A program made the position numbers and the translations under genes. The notes beneath the pieces are model-generated. The model saw only the letters and a list, made by a program, of their open reading frames with translations, searched no databases and was not told the origin of the DNA. DNA of 64,000 nt. It comes from Thalia democratica. Taxonomy: Eukaryota. This document shows positions 1 through 12,917 of the stretch, piece after piece. The stretch covers positions 61,566,001 through 61,630,000 of the forward strand of contig OZ241829.1 of assembly GCA_965202585.1 (NCBI GenBank), given 5' to 3'. How positions within the stretch are numbered: the first letter of the stretch is position 1; every line of letters begins with the position of its first letter.

Positions 1-378
1 TTAAAATTACCAAAATATTTAGATTAAGCAAGATGCTTTAGTAAGGATTATTGTATACCCTATTTTTTATCTAATTTTGTTGCATAGTATTAATTTCACA
101 TACTAATTCTATTTTTATACTTCTATAGTTTTAGTTTTCTTTTTAAGAAAATAACCAACTAAAATTACACTACAATTGTACAATGTAATAATAGATTGTT
201 ATATAGTAGTCCTTAAATAATAATGCTGTAATTTTTTTTTAATAATTTTTTTTTAAGTTATCTGAAAACCATTTTAAAATGGAAAAAAAATTAGGATCTA
301 AAATATATTAAAAAAGTATACATACGGTATAAAAACATTTTTTTATAATTTTTTTTAATAAAAAAGGTATTACATAAG

Positions 379-3300
379 ATGAAATATCATTTCTTTGTGC
401 TTACACTCTGCTTCCTACAGGTTCGTTGTTATTACTTTATTAATATGTTTAGTAGTTACTTATTCAAATGTTTTTTTTTACTAGTTTATTGCACAAAAAT
501 TACAATATTTTGTGCTAAAAATCAGTCTATAGTTTTAAATCTTATTTCAAGAAAAGATTTGTTTCTTGTGAAATTTAAGTTATTTTTATTATTTTTTGTA
601 CTAACTAAACGCTTTGTACACTAGGATTTTATTTGTTTGTTTGTTTTTTTTTCTCTTATTTTACAGAGTTAGAGATATACTGTTTTATTTACAAATACTC
701 TAGTTACAACTACTACTGCTTACCTAATATTAACAATAGAACAATTTATTTTAAATTAAGAAGCTTAAACAATTATTTAAGCCTATTTCATTTTTTGTTA
801 AAACTATAATCTATTTACAGTTTAAAACACACTGAGTTTAAATAAAGATTAATATTACCATAAACCCTGAAGAAAATTATTTTTTTAAAGTGTAAAACTA
901 TAAACTTGCAAAACATTAGTTTAGAAAATTTTTAAGTCAATAAAAATAAACTCTGCTTTTTCCTTTTAAAAATAACACAAATAAAAGTTTCCTGATTACC
1001 AAACATAGATTCTAAATATATTTTGATTCCCAAAAACAATTTAAATTTTACTATTAAATTATAAATGTATAGCGACTTATATTAACCACTTATTAATTAA
1101 TTTCATATGCATTTGTTGTCAATTAAGTTAATAATATATAAATAAACCTTTTTATTCAGAGTACAAGATATGTAAATGGAGGAAGATCTTTTACAGGTAA
1201 AATATTATTTGTTGTATTATATGCCATTACCTTTTTTTAGGTATACTTTTGAGTTTTTTTTTATGTTTTTGAAGTTTATATAATGTTTTAATAACATTTC
1301 ATTCCAACTAGATACCTTAATTGGCATAGTTTTAATATTATATATTCATACATCAGCTTAATAACAGTTTTTTTTTTAATATTTTTTGTAGTTTTGAGTT
1401 TTAACAACTTTATATATTTTTTATTAAACTCTATTATAAGGCTTTTTAAGAAGGCAAACTGAGTTTAATAAGATTAACAAATATTATTCTAGTTTTAAAA
1501 AAAGTTTGCGATTGTGTTTAAATGTTATTATTTTACCACATTTTCTTAACAAAACTAATAACAGCATTACTTTGTTTACTTTACTTAAAACCAAACTTTT
1601 GATTCTAAATTCTTTTAAAGTCAATAAACTAAATATAAAAAGAAGGATACTATAAAAAAAAGCATATTTTAATATAAATAACTGTTTTTGTAAATTGACG
1701 AAATAACAAGAACCTCAATGTTTTTCGACCACTTTATGTAAACTATAAACAGTAGAAAACTAATTATTCAAACTAAAGTAATATTCTACAAAAACGTGTT
1801 TAAAAACAGCGTAAGTATTTTACAGATAAATAAATTCTGTTTTACTACTGTAAAAACGAAATTTAATTACATTACTCTTGTTTGACAACTTTTTTCTACA
1901 ATTAACTTTTATTTTTAAGTATTTAAAAGTTAGTTAATCCTGGATAAGACGTTAAAAGGTATCCAAGTTGTGTGCGACTCGATAGCTGAAAGGTTTTTTC
2001 GTGCGCTAGATCTAAGGACCAATTTAATAGTAATCTGTAAACTATTTACAAAGCTATAACCCAATGAAAGTATACAGAAGTTGTAACACTTGGTAGGATT
2101 AAGGGTATAAAAATTGCATTTAAAACTATAACCAAACAATTTTTTTTTTCTGTATCTAACCAAGTGTAAAGATAAGTGGTGGGCAACATACCACCTAAAA
2201 ACCGGATCTGGTTTGTTCATAAAATTTATCTGGCGAAGATTTTATTTCTACATAACTAAATTTTATTTAACAAAATGTTAAAAAACTAATTTTAATAAAA
2301 GTTTACAAGACAATATGATTTTAACTCATTATGCTAATTCTATTTTTAATTGTTGTAATTGGGTAGTTAGACAAATTAAAAATTCATTTTTAATATCCAT
2401 TTTCAAAAGTAATGCGGCACGCGAAAGTCTATGTCTAACGAATCCGGCTCAGTATAAACGAAGGGCTGCTATACTTTGCCCATGTAGGGAGAAGTTACTC
2501 ACTTGTTGCTAAAAAAAGACTTTTAAGCAATTTAAACTTATTTAAAAACTCATCTGAAGAATTTTCAATGTGCCATTTTTATAAATTATTTCTTTTATGA
2601 ACAGTATTTAAAAATAATATATTTTTCCGTTTTATTTATATTTAATCAGGTGTCTTTAATATTAAAACTGTCACACAAGAAACAGCACATCTCAAACTTG
2701 CATTGCTTCTAACAGTTATACTACAATATTTGTTTACCTTCTTTAAAAGTTGAAGGACGGAGGTCAATGACGCCTGTTGATTGGAGCATCGTTTACAAAC
2801 GGGGAGATGGTAGAGCGACGACTTTGCAAGAAGGTGTGCACAACGCCAGCAATGTTTTTGTGAGTTACTTGGTTCAACGCATGGACGGCTTGGTGAGGAG
2901 CAGGCAACAAGTAGATGCGCTCGTGCTGAAGGGATTGAATGACGAGAGATACGAAGGATATAAGTAAATTGTTTTTGTATTCTTAGATTGCTTATTTGTT
3001 TACAGTGAGTAACTAAGGTATATATTTGTAAAAACAATCTTAATTACTTTGCTAGATTAAAGAAATATATTTAAAATTAAGTTACTGCTGGTATTTTTTA
3101 CGCAAAAACAACAGTTTTTTTTTTTTTTTTTTAATTTTTTTATGATACGTATATATCTAGTGATAGTAATTTATACGATATATTATTTTTTCTTATTTAC
3201 TCTTTTTTACACTGAAACTTTTTATTGGTTTCAAGAAATATTTTCTCATAAAATTATTCGCAATATAATTAAATCTTAATTTGGTAAAGCTTTACAAATG

Positions 3301-6300
3301 ATCACAGTAACTGGTTTACTGAATAAAAACTATTAAAAAAAAAATTGAAATTTGATTGTTTGAAAAAATCTCTAAGTTTAATTATAAAACAAATCATAAG
3401 AAACAATTATTCCAAATTTTTTTTATAATAAATATAAAACATCATTACGGTTAAACCTTATCAGTACACCTATCAAAGTAAAAAATTAAAGCTTTAACGC
3501 TGTAAACAGATATTACCACAAAGATATGATAGTGAACATGCGGTACAAAGAGAAAGTGAACTCGGAAGGCGAACAAAAAGTCAGAAACCTGAATGTTGAC
3601 TTGGCAAACTATCAGAAGCTGAAAGTGAACGAGGATAAAACGAAATACTTTGGAAACTTCAGTCTGCTTGGCTGCCACCAGCAGGGATTCCAGAGAAGCA
3701 AAGGATTAACCGTAATGCTGGGTACTTGTCAGGACCGTGTTAGTTTTCCTAGACAATTATTGGCATTCAACTAAAAAAACAATTATATTATCATTTCTTT
3801 TTCTATGTACTATATTTGTTTGTGTTCAAAAACTACTTAGCTGATATATAATAAGACAACCTATTCAAAACAGTAGTAGACGTGTAAAACTTTTAAAAAG
3901 TTATAATGAAATTAATAAGATCATCTGTATTCGCATTTATCAAAATTTAAGTTATTTTTTATAAACACAAACCTCTTTTTTTACCTAAATCTCATCATGT
4001 ACTTTATGTTTAGAACTTAATTTTAAGCTTAAAAGTTATGAATAGAAAGCTTAAAATATCAAAAACATCTAACTCTAGGTTACGGTATTAAGCAGCATAA
4101 AAGTTGAAAGTTTTCAATCGACCGAATCTGGAGATGTTTTTTCAAACATTATAGTACCACAATCAAGCTTTTCTAACATAACTAGTTAGTTTTTTTGTAA
4201 AGAAAGTCAAAATATGAAACATAAATGTGAAAAATTTTAAAACACTTTAAACCTTTAATATTAGAGAACAAATGTTATATGAATAATTTTATTTATTGCA
4301 TTTAAAAACAAATAATCTAATAATAATCAATACTTAGTTTTAACGTTTTGCTTTCAAAATTTTACATAACAAAGACAAATAAGAAAAAAATAACAGTTGA
4401 TTTATAATTATCTTTAAAATCTTACTATTTTGTTATCTCAGTGACCAAGTATTCTTTTTATTTGATTTTTTTTTTAGTTTCTAAGATTTACTAAACTTAA
4501 AAACTACGTTTTTAAATTCTAGTTTAACAATCTTCCATTTTTACGACCATTTAAAATCTTATATCATTACTTAAAAAACCAAAACGATAAATTTTTTAGA
4601 AATCTACGAAAAAAGGCAACTCAAAACTGAACCTCGAACACTAGAAACGACTCCAAGCATCAATTTAAAAACTTTAAACATCAAAGTGTTGATGGTATTC
4701 CATGAAGACGTAGTACAAACACATGGTGGAAGGAATGTTAACAACTGGTCTAAATATTTGATTAGAAAGGTTTGTTATACTGATTGCGTAAAGATTTTTT
4801 TGTTTGCAAATAGATTAACATACTATAATGTTTGTGGCTTTGATTTTTCAATAATTAATTGTTTCAGGTGCATGAAATATATCAAAGTCAACAAGTAAAA
4901 CAGAGAGGTTACAATATAAACATTCACTTACTTAAAACTGTTGTTTTACCAATTAGAGCTAATGTTAGTTTTGAATTTAAAGTTAAACTGTTTTATTTAT
5001 AACTTTAATGTATTTATTTTTATATTTTTTTAGCATAAATTATATTTAATTTTTAATAAAAAAGTACTATAAAAGCATATGCTTTGTTTTTTATACTAAT
5101 ATTTCTAAAATATTATTTACTACTATTTTCAAGTTGTAACCTCAAATAAAGTATGAAATTTTTATACACACCATACTTCCTTTTTGTATAAAATTATTAA
5201 AATTAAAATTTATAACTTTTGGAACTATAAATAGTTGTACACAAGTTGTATTTTTTTAATTTCTGGAATGTTTTTTACTTTACGTTCTTCAGCACCACTT
5301 TTACTACTATACTATTTTTTACCACAAAAAATATTTTCTAAATATTTTCAATTAACAAGTTATAGTTTTCAATAATTATAAAAATTTCTATCCATAATAT
5401 TTCGTGTTTATAATAACTTTTAAATAACAAGTAATTTACCCAATTTATATACACTAATATATAAACTTAATGTACATATCCTTCATTTAATTTAGCAAAA
5501 TATTTGTTTTCTTTAGTTTAGAATTAAGTTAATCAAACTGATGGTATTTTTTAAGCTATAATTTTTTAATGCACTAACGAACTCTTTAAGCAAAACTTAG
5601 TTTGCTGAACAACTTTTTGAGGAAATGTATATGTTAACATTCTCCTTCTGTAAAGTAGCAATCTTTTATTGTTTTCTAACGTTAAAACCTAGAGTTTTAT
5701 ATACCTTAAATTATGAATAAAGCACTCTATAGCGAAATAAGCAAGTTATTGAAAACACCAAAAAGTTTAACTTTAAATTTACGTAATCTTTAATAAAACT
5801 TTACAAGTTTTTTAATGTAGGTTTATTAATTAACCACTTTTTTTAGCATGTAAAACTTTCGAATTTAACGTTATTTTTAAATTAGTTTAATTAATTGTTT
5901 TGTTTGTTGATTAAATTATTAAATATTTATAATTAGAGTTTAATATAATCAAAACAACTTTGTCTGTTTTTATTTTAAAACTAACCCAAATTTCTTAACG
6001 GTTATTTGCAGCGAAAAGCGATGAATGAGGCAAGGGCTTATATAGGTAAAATAGTCAAAATATATAAGCCTAATGTTCTATTTGCAGTCACAAATTCTAG
6101 AAAAAAGGCTCGATCTACTAGGTTCACTAATAGTTTTGGAACTATAACATGTTAGTTTTACTTACAATTTTTTTTACTCCAAGTTCTAGTTTAATTTATC
6201 TTTTTCATATTTTTCATCTAACTTCAAAACAAAATATTACATCAGTTAGATGTCAATTACTAACACCAATATTTTATCAAATCTTACACTAATAAATTAA

Positions 6301-9300
6301 TATAAACAAGTTTAAAGCTACTGATCTTTTTATCTAAAACACAATGTAGTGCATGAAGTCAAAATTATTGAAAGTACTAGTATCAATTATAAAAATTTTA
6401 TTAAATTTTATATATAATTAGTCTTTTTATGTTTTTTTAAAGCGTTTTTTAGTATACTGAAATTATTTCATTATAACTTTTTTCATATATAGAGCTAATA
6501 AACTATTTTGATACTTTTTTGTATTTCAGTAAACAGCAATATATGTAGCACAAACGTACAAAAAGAAACCATCAGAGATTCTGGATTGAAAACTATAATA
6601 AACATTGCAAAGAAAATACAAACCATGTTTGAAAAATAAATATTTGATCAAAACTTTTCGAAAAAAACTGACAACTAAAGATTTTATAACTCCTAGTATA
6701 ATTTTTTTTCCTTACCATAAAGTCAAGCGTTGTTAAAACTTGTTTTTTGACTTGCTAAACCACTAGTATTAAAAACGAAATAAATTATATTATTTTGCCT
6801 ACTAAAACTCTTTAAAATAAGTGAGTAATGAAACTTATTTATTAAATAGATTTAATCAGTTTATTATTTTTATGTAATTATATAGAATGGGAATTAGAAC
6901 AATTTTATCTAAGTATCAACCTCGGAACTTTTTTGAAAAAATTGAAAATTTTTGGAGAGAGGAGCAAATAAAGATGTTTCGTAAAAACTTAAGGTAAGTT
7001 TTAAATGTATAAATTGTTTACATATAAAATCTGCGCAGCAATGATATTGAGTAAACCAATTGCATTTTAAAGCATGTTTTAATATGAGTTGAAATACTTT
7101 AGGACTTTCGTTAGAATACTGTGTTTCTCGAAAAGTTATCTGGCAAAATTTAATCCTGAAAAATTATATATTTTAAAATTTTCTTAATAGTCCAAGTATT
7201 TATGTAGCTGATCAAAACTTAATAGAATATATTAAACAGTATTGCAATTTCTTAAGGTCAATTTTCTTTGATAATAAAACAGTTTTTTTCTACATTTAAG
7301 AGTTTTTATTGTTTTGTGAAAATCGATTAAAACTAACAGACGAGGACTGTACAATTGTCTAGTCACACCAACCAGTATACAACCATCAATGGTGGACTTG
7401 AGACCGGGAAAAGCATACAGTATTGCGCAACAATGCGTTATGACTCATGGTAGAAGTTTTGTACCAAGTGCTTATGTGAGTTGCTTTAAACTATTTTTGA
7501 ATTTAAACTTCGTTATTTATTTAATACTGCAAACAAAGGTATAAGCAGCATTTTTTATCTATTTTCTATCAATAACTTTTGCTTTCAACATGTTTTGTTA
7601 CTAGATAAACGAGCAACAAGATATGTGCAATCTTCTTGTTTGTTCGAAAGCAGCAGAATTATTCAGTGGACATCAAGAAAATTTAAACTTTAAAGTGTTT
7701 TTATCAGGAGCGCCGCTTATTGATGGAACACATTGCGGTCCGAACAAAGTTTGTTTTCAAGCAATTCGTTATGTGCATGTTTTTCAATCGTACAGTTGTT
7801 AATTTAAAAGTTTTGGTTTTTGTATAGCTAATTTACAACCAGTCTTAATATTTTGAGTGGTTCCATAGTTGTTAAGTATTTTGGTTTCAAGTGATTTGTT
7901 AAACTATATATATGTATTACTGACGTTTTTATCACAGTTTAAAATAACTTGTTATAATATTCAACCTTACCTTGTAACAAACACGCATTAATTGAATAAT
8001 TTATTTCTGCGCAAAGATTTGTGTGAGCGGTCGGTGCGTGAGTGAATCCAGAGAAGACTTTGAAATGGTCGATGGATTTTGGTCCGCGTGGTCGAATTGG
8101 TCACCGTGCTCTCAGACCTGCGGTGCTTACGGGTTGAAGTCCAGACGGAGAGCTTGCACAAACCCAAGGTGTGTTTTTATTTGAATGTTTTAAGAACATT
8201 TACGCAGAGTAACCAAACGCATTTAAGTTGTCAAGAAAACTAAAAGAGTGAAACTATGCAAAAATCAAAATAGTTGCAACAAAAATAGTAGAAAAGCTTA
8301 AAACTATTAAATAAAAGTTGCACAGTAGTTTAAGTTATTGAAAACTTTGATAAAAGAGTATTAGACCTCTTAAAATTTAGTTATTTACTTGTAACCGAAT
8401 TTAACTTTGCTTTAGACCGGCTAACGGTGGAAAACCTTGCAAAGTGACTTCAGAGGGAATCGCTGAGTTTGAAGTTGAAGAGCGCTCTTGCTCAAATTTA
8501 CCCGATTGTGAAGCTGCGAGAAAAGATGTGAGACAGAGTTTCTGTGAAAGAATTAGGTATGGAGGATCAAAAGAAAGAATATTTATGAAACCGGCTTACG
8601 TGTTAAGCGGTAAGTTTAATAAATACTATATCAGGCTATATTCTAAAGTTTGAGAAGTTTAAATTGAAAGTAAAGTTTTAGTATTAATTAAACAGTTAAG
8701 TATATAGATTTAGCCATATTACAGTTATTAAACAACAAAAAGGACTTAAGAAATGTTAGGATTTTAACTAATAATATAGCTTTTTTTAGATGAACAAAGC
8801 TGCCAGCATTTTTGTAAAAAACATAAATTTGGTGCGTCAATTCCAATGTTTAGAAATGTTAAAGATGGCGAACTGTGTTTGCACGGAAACTTAAATAAAG
8901 GGTTTTGTAGTAACGGAAAATGCATTGTAAGTTGTGTATCGACAAATTAATAAATTTAAATGTGCACGCATTGTGTTATAACTTACGATTAATTAAAATT
9001 TTAGTAGTATTAGTATGTTTTTAGATACTCAAACTCTTTTATATATATAACCTAGTTTATTGAAAAAAACTACAAAAAACTTTTGAAACAACTTGGTAAT
9101 TTAAAAATTTTTGAAGAACCGGTGCGCGATTCACGGGCTTGCCCTGGACAGATGTGGGGTCTGCGGGGGCGATGGCAGCTCTTGTACAGAGGAAGAAAAA
9201 GTTTACGGGTACACAATTATAAATGGAACCACGCAAACTTCAGTACATGGTTAGTTTGATTATCAAACTTAAAAATTAGTTTTTTATCTAAAGTGTTTTA

Positions 9301-10526
9301 CTTTTAACTACTTTTTTAAATAAAACAAAAATGTTGATGTCTACACAATAAAGTATCTAAATTATAACGAAATTACATATTGCTATTAACTTATAAAAAA
9401 AATTAAAAACAAATTAAGACGTAATTAAAACTGCTAAGTCTTTACCTAAAAAATGTATGTTACAGGTGAAGCTTTACAAGTTCCAATTCAATCAAGAAAT
9501 GTTAAGATTCTAATAATTGGAGCAGAAATAGGTGTTATACATTCAAAACATTATTAAGCATTACTAATTTTATTATCTAGTTTAAATTTATAGTATTTAA
9601 GGTTTCAGTAAACAGATTTTTTTATTATTTTTAATTTAAGCTAAAATAAGTTTAAAAGGATTCTTTTTTTTTACTTTACATTTTCAAGTAATTTATAGTT
9701 TTTTAAATTAAATTTTTTATTAAAGGTGTACTTTTTTTGCATAATAGTATTTTTTGTCTACTAAAAATTTATCGTTTTTGTATTTATAGCTATAACTTTT
9801 TAAACAACTCATTTTAACAAAAAATGATTGTTTTGTGCTTTAATTTGAAACTGTTTATTGTTTACTTTTATTAACATTTAAAAAAGTTTAAATTACTGTT
9901 TAATACTACTAGTTGGTTAAAAAAAATTATTTAACAACTTTTTAAAGCTCAAACACTTTTTTTTTCATTTAACAAAAAAAACTTTCAATTTTAAACTTTT
10001 TAATAGAGCTAGAAGATGATTTAACCTCCTTATCTATTTTGAACACGGCTGTTTTGAACTTAAAAAACACTCCTAAGCGGTTCACTGTTAAATATGAAAA
10101 CGAAGTTGTAGAAGTCACTAAAAGCTTTCAACTTAATAAGACAATAATAAAGTTGAATGGACCGACACATACACAGATGAACATTAAAGTTTGTTTTAAG
10201 CTTAAATTTTTTATTATACTTATTTGTGTAAAATCTATTTATTATTCTTTTCCTGACGAGACGATAAAAGGTATCTAAGGGGTGCGACTCGTTGCACAGT
10301 TTTTTTTTGTGCGACAGATCCTAAAACAAATAATTTGATCGTCTTTTTTTTTTGTTTGATAAACTATGATAATATATACTAATAAAACTATAAAAACTTT
10401 TAAATATAAATTTTTTAAATATGCATTTTTTTTCAGCTTATTGGAAATGGTTCTAATACTCAATGCCATTTAGAGATAGCCTACATTAAAAAACCTGTTG
10501 CGGGAGAAACAATAGACTTACTTTAA
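379..10526 (+). CDS. ADAMTS-like secreted protein (signal peptide, M12B propeptide, degenerate metalloprotease domain, disintegrin-like, TSP1, Cys-rich, spacer); 19 exons, about 823 aa
   Basis: Exons 379-420, 1160-1196, 2750-2963, 3510-3738, 4079-4184, 4600-4769, 4868-4963, 6012-6150, 6530-6626, 6886-6993, 7340-7475, 7605-7748, 8017-8168, 8416-8609, 8790-8926, 9117-9249, 9466-9531, 10007-10188, 10437-10526 all have GT-AG ends and join in frame (2472 nt). Motifs: GCHQQG...VMLGTC (propeptide), [63 protein letters not shown] (TSP1), [13 protein letters not shown] (Cys-rich), [10 protein letters not shown] (spacer). The first two exons are less certain than the rest. Confidence 0.9.
1938..2046 (+). 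mobile_element. SINE-like dispersed repeat (family F), copy 1
   Basis: TCCTGGATAAGACGTTAAAAGGTATCC..GTGTGCGACTCGATAGCTGAAAGGTTTTTTCGTGCG..AGGACCAA; matches copies at 10251, 41863, 43868 and 44785. Confidence 0.75.
10251..10366 (+). mobile_element. SINE-like family F, diverged copy in the last intron of the ADAMTS-like gene
   Basis: TCCTGACGAGACGATAAAAGGTATC..GGTGCGACTCG..TTTGTGCGACAGATCC..GATAAACTAT. Confidence 0.65.
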
Positions 10527-11124
10527 TTGAAAACCACTTTAAAATTGAATGTTTTATATAAATTTACTGTTCTATTTACTATTTTAACAGATCATAACTA
10601 TAAGTCTTATATGAGGTTTAGAAAAACATTCAATTACTGAAGTTTTTATGAATGTTTTTGTATATTATTTTTTGTTTATTATATCTTTAAACCATTTTGA
10701 AGTTTTTTGAATAGTTTTTTTTATTGTTATTTACTTTTACTTCCTTAAAAACTTGGTAAAACTAACAGTATATAATGTGTTTTTTGTTTTTTCCTAATCA
10801 ATCAAGAATTAACTTAGTTTTGATAAATAGCGATAATTTTTTAGTAAGTAAGAAGTTATATTCAAATTTTTTTATTTAAACTAAAATTAAAACAAAAATA
10901 TAAACTTTTACAATATAATATCTTCATTTTCACGTTGATAGATAAGTTTTAAAATTATAATTAAACTTAGTTTTGTGAAGTACTTTTACTTTAAAAAGCC
11001 GTAATAGTACACTAAGCAAAAAATGTACATAATACTAAAAATAAAATTCTGCAAGTGTTAAAGCTTATATTTTAAGTTTTTTTTTATAAATAAGGCAAAT
11101 AAATATAAACTAGGCATTGTAAAA

Positions 11125-11200
11125 CAGGAGTCGGCAGACATTTAGTAGTCGTGTGCCAAATTTCGAACTTATAAATATTCGTGGGCCGCAGTCGTAGTTT
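11125..11200 (+). mobile_element. possible left end of a hAT-type non-autonomous element
   Basis: CAGGAGTCGGCAGAC start followed by GTGCCA and GGGCCGCA motifs typical of hAT subterminal regions; no matching right TIR found. Confidence 0.35.
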
Positions 11201-12917
11201 AAGGTAGTGTAAGACGTAAGTTCTAAATATGTACCTAATGAATTTAGACAATTATTTAGTTTTATATAGAATGTGTTTTTAAAAGCTACCAGAGAAAATA
11301 CTCTATTATTAAACAATAAAACTATGAAAATCTACTGAAAAACGTCTAGACACGCGCCTGAAAATATACACTAATTAAATATTAAAACTTAATCTACGAT
11401 AAATTACAGAATACATTGTAATTTTTAGAGTTATATGAAAAAACAAACTTTGAACTTAGGGGCTAATCAGATATAAAAAATTTGTTAAAAATCTAAAATA
11501 GTTATTTGATATTAAATAGTGTAATGAGCTTAAACAAAACAATAGTAATTTTTTTTTGAATAATTGTTTTATCTGAGCTTTATAAAAAACTTGAAATAAA
11601 CAATTAGAATAATTTCCTACTGAAAATATCATAATAAACATTTTAGGACTTTATAAACTTGTGTTGTTTTGTTTTTCAGTTAAAGAAATAAAACTATAAC
11701 TTGGGATTTAAGTTTTAAAATTAAATACTTCCTTGAATTTATACAAATTCAAAACTTTAAATATTTCGTTTTAAAACCAAAACTTTGTGTATACTACTAC
11801 AGAATATTAAAACAAGGGTTGTCATAACTTAATTTGATTAATTTTTATGATACCATTAAAGTTTATATGCTTTTATACACTTAGTATACTGTCGTGCGGC
11901 AGGACTCGTGGCTTGACTATTAAAAAATTAATTTGACTGATACTTTCAAGAAAATCTTTTTTATAACGTCCCTGCTTTAATATGTTTGACGATACAGATA
12001 TTTCCACAATAGTAATAATATTAATAAGGTTGTTAACAAAAAGGTAATAAATATGTATATGTATATGACTATTTTAGACAAGATAACATTTATTACAATG
12101 TTTAAAATTAAATCAAGCATCACGATCTAAAACGTGTCAAGAATAAGTCTTAGTTTCATTCTTAAATAAAATTGAAAACCTTTAGAACGGCACTAATACT
12201 ATATTCTTAAGACCTAATGTGACTTATTGTAAAATATTCTCTTATAAAATATCTGATCAAATATTTCTTTTAAATGCTTCGTCGTTGGGAAACACCGCTT
12301 AGCGCTATGATAAGAATATTTTTATATGTTTAATAAAAGGGGATTTTTTGTTTGAGTTGCATAATTTGTTGAAAGCTCAAAGATACAAAACAAGCCATGT
12401 TACTCCTAACAAAAATTCTTACTATCAATTAACGAATGAACAATCATCAAGTTTTGTTAATATTTCATTCAAGTTTGTTTATTTTAATTCAATTTGAAGC
12501 TATAATAAAGACTAATATTATCTTGTAAATTTTATATGTAATTATGGTTTGTTTGAAAAATTAAGCATCCTTTAATTTATATTGGTCTGCAAATTATTAA
12601 TTTGTATTGAAAACCATCAGGCTCCAAGGCTAAACTTTAATGGATATCAAAATCAATATTTTTACAGTTCAATTTATTTTCCCCAAGTTCACATACTATT
12701 TCTCTTCAGCTAGATATAATTTTGGTTTGTCAATTGTCTAAATTTTTGAAAAAGCAATAAAAGGCTACTGGTATGGTAGCTGCAAAATAAAACTAGTTTT
12801 TTAAAAATTTTACTTCAATTTTATGTCCTTAGTAATTAAGATTATGATTACTTATACTTGTTATATCAAAAAAAATCATCATTAGGATTTTTTATAAAAT
12901 ATTGGTTAATTGTTGAC

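Noticed and set aside
5597-5655. Possible extra ADAMTS-like exon ([18 protein letters not shown])
   Set aside because: Weak donor, and the flanking exons 4868-4963 and 6012-6150 already join in frame; cannot be excluded without cDNA
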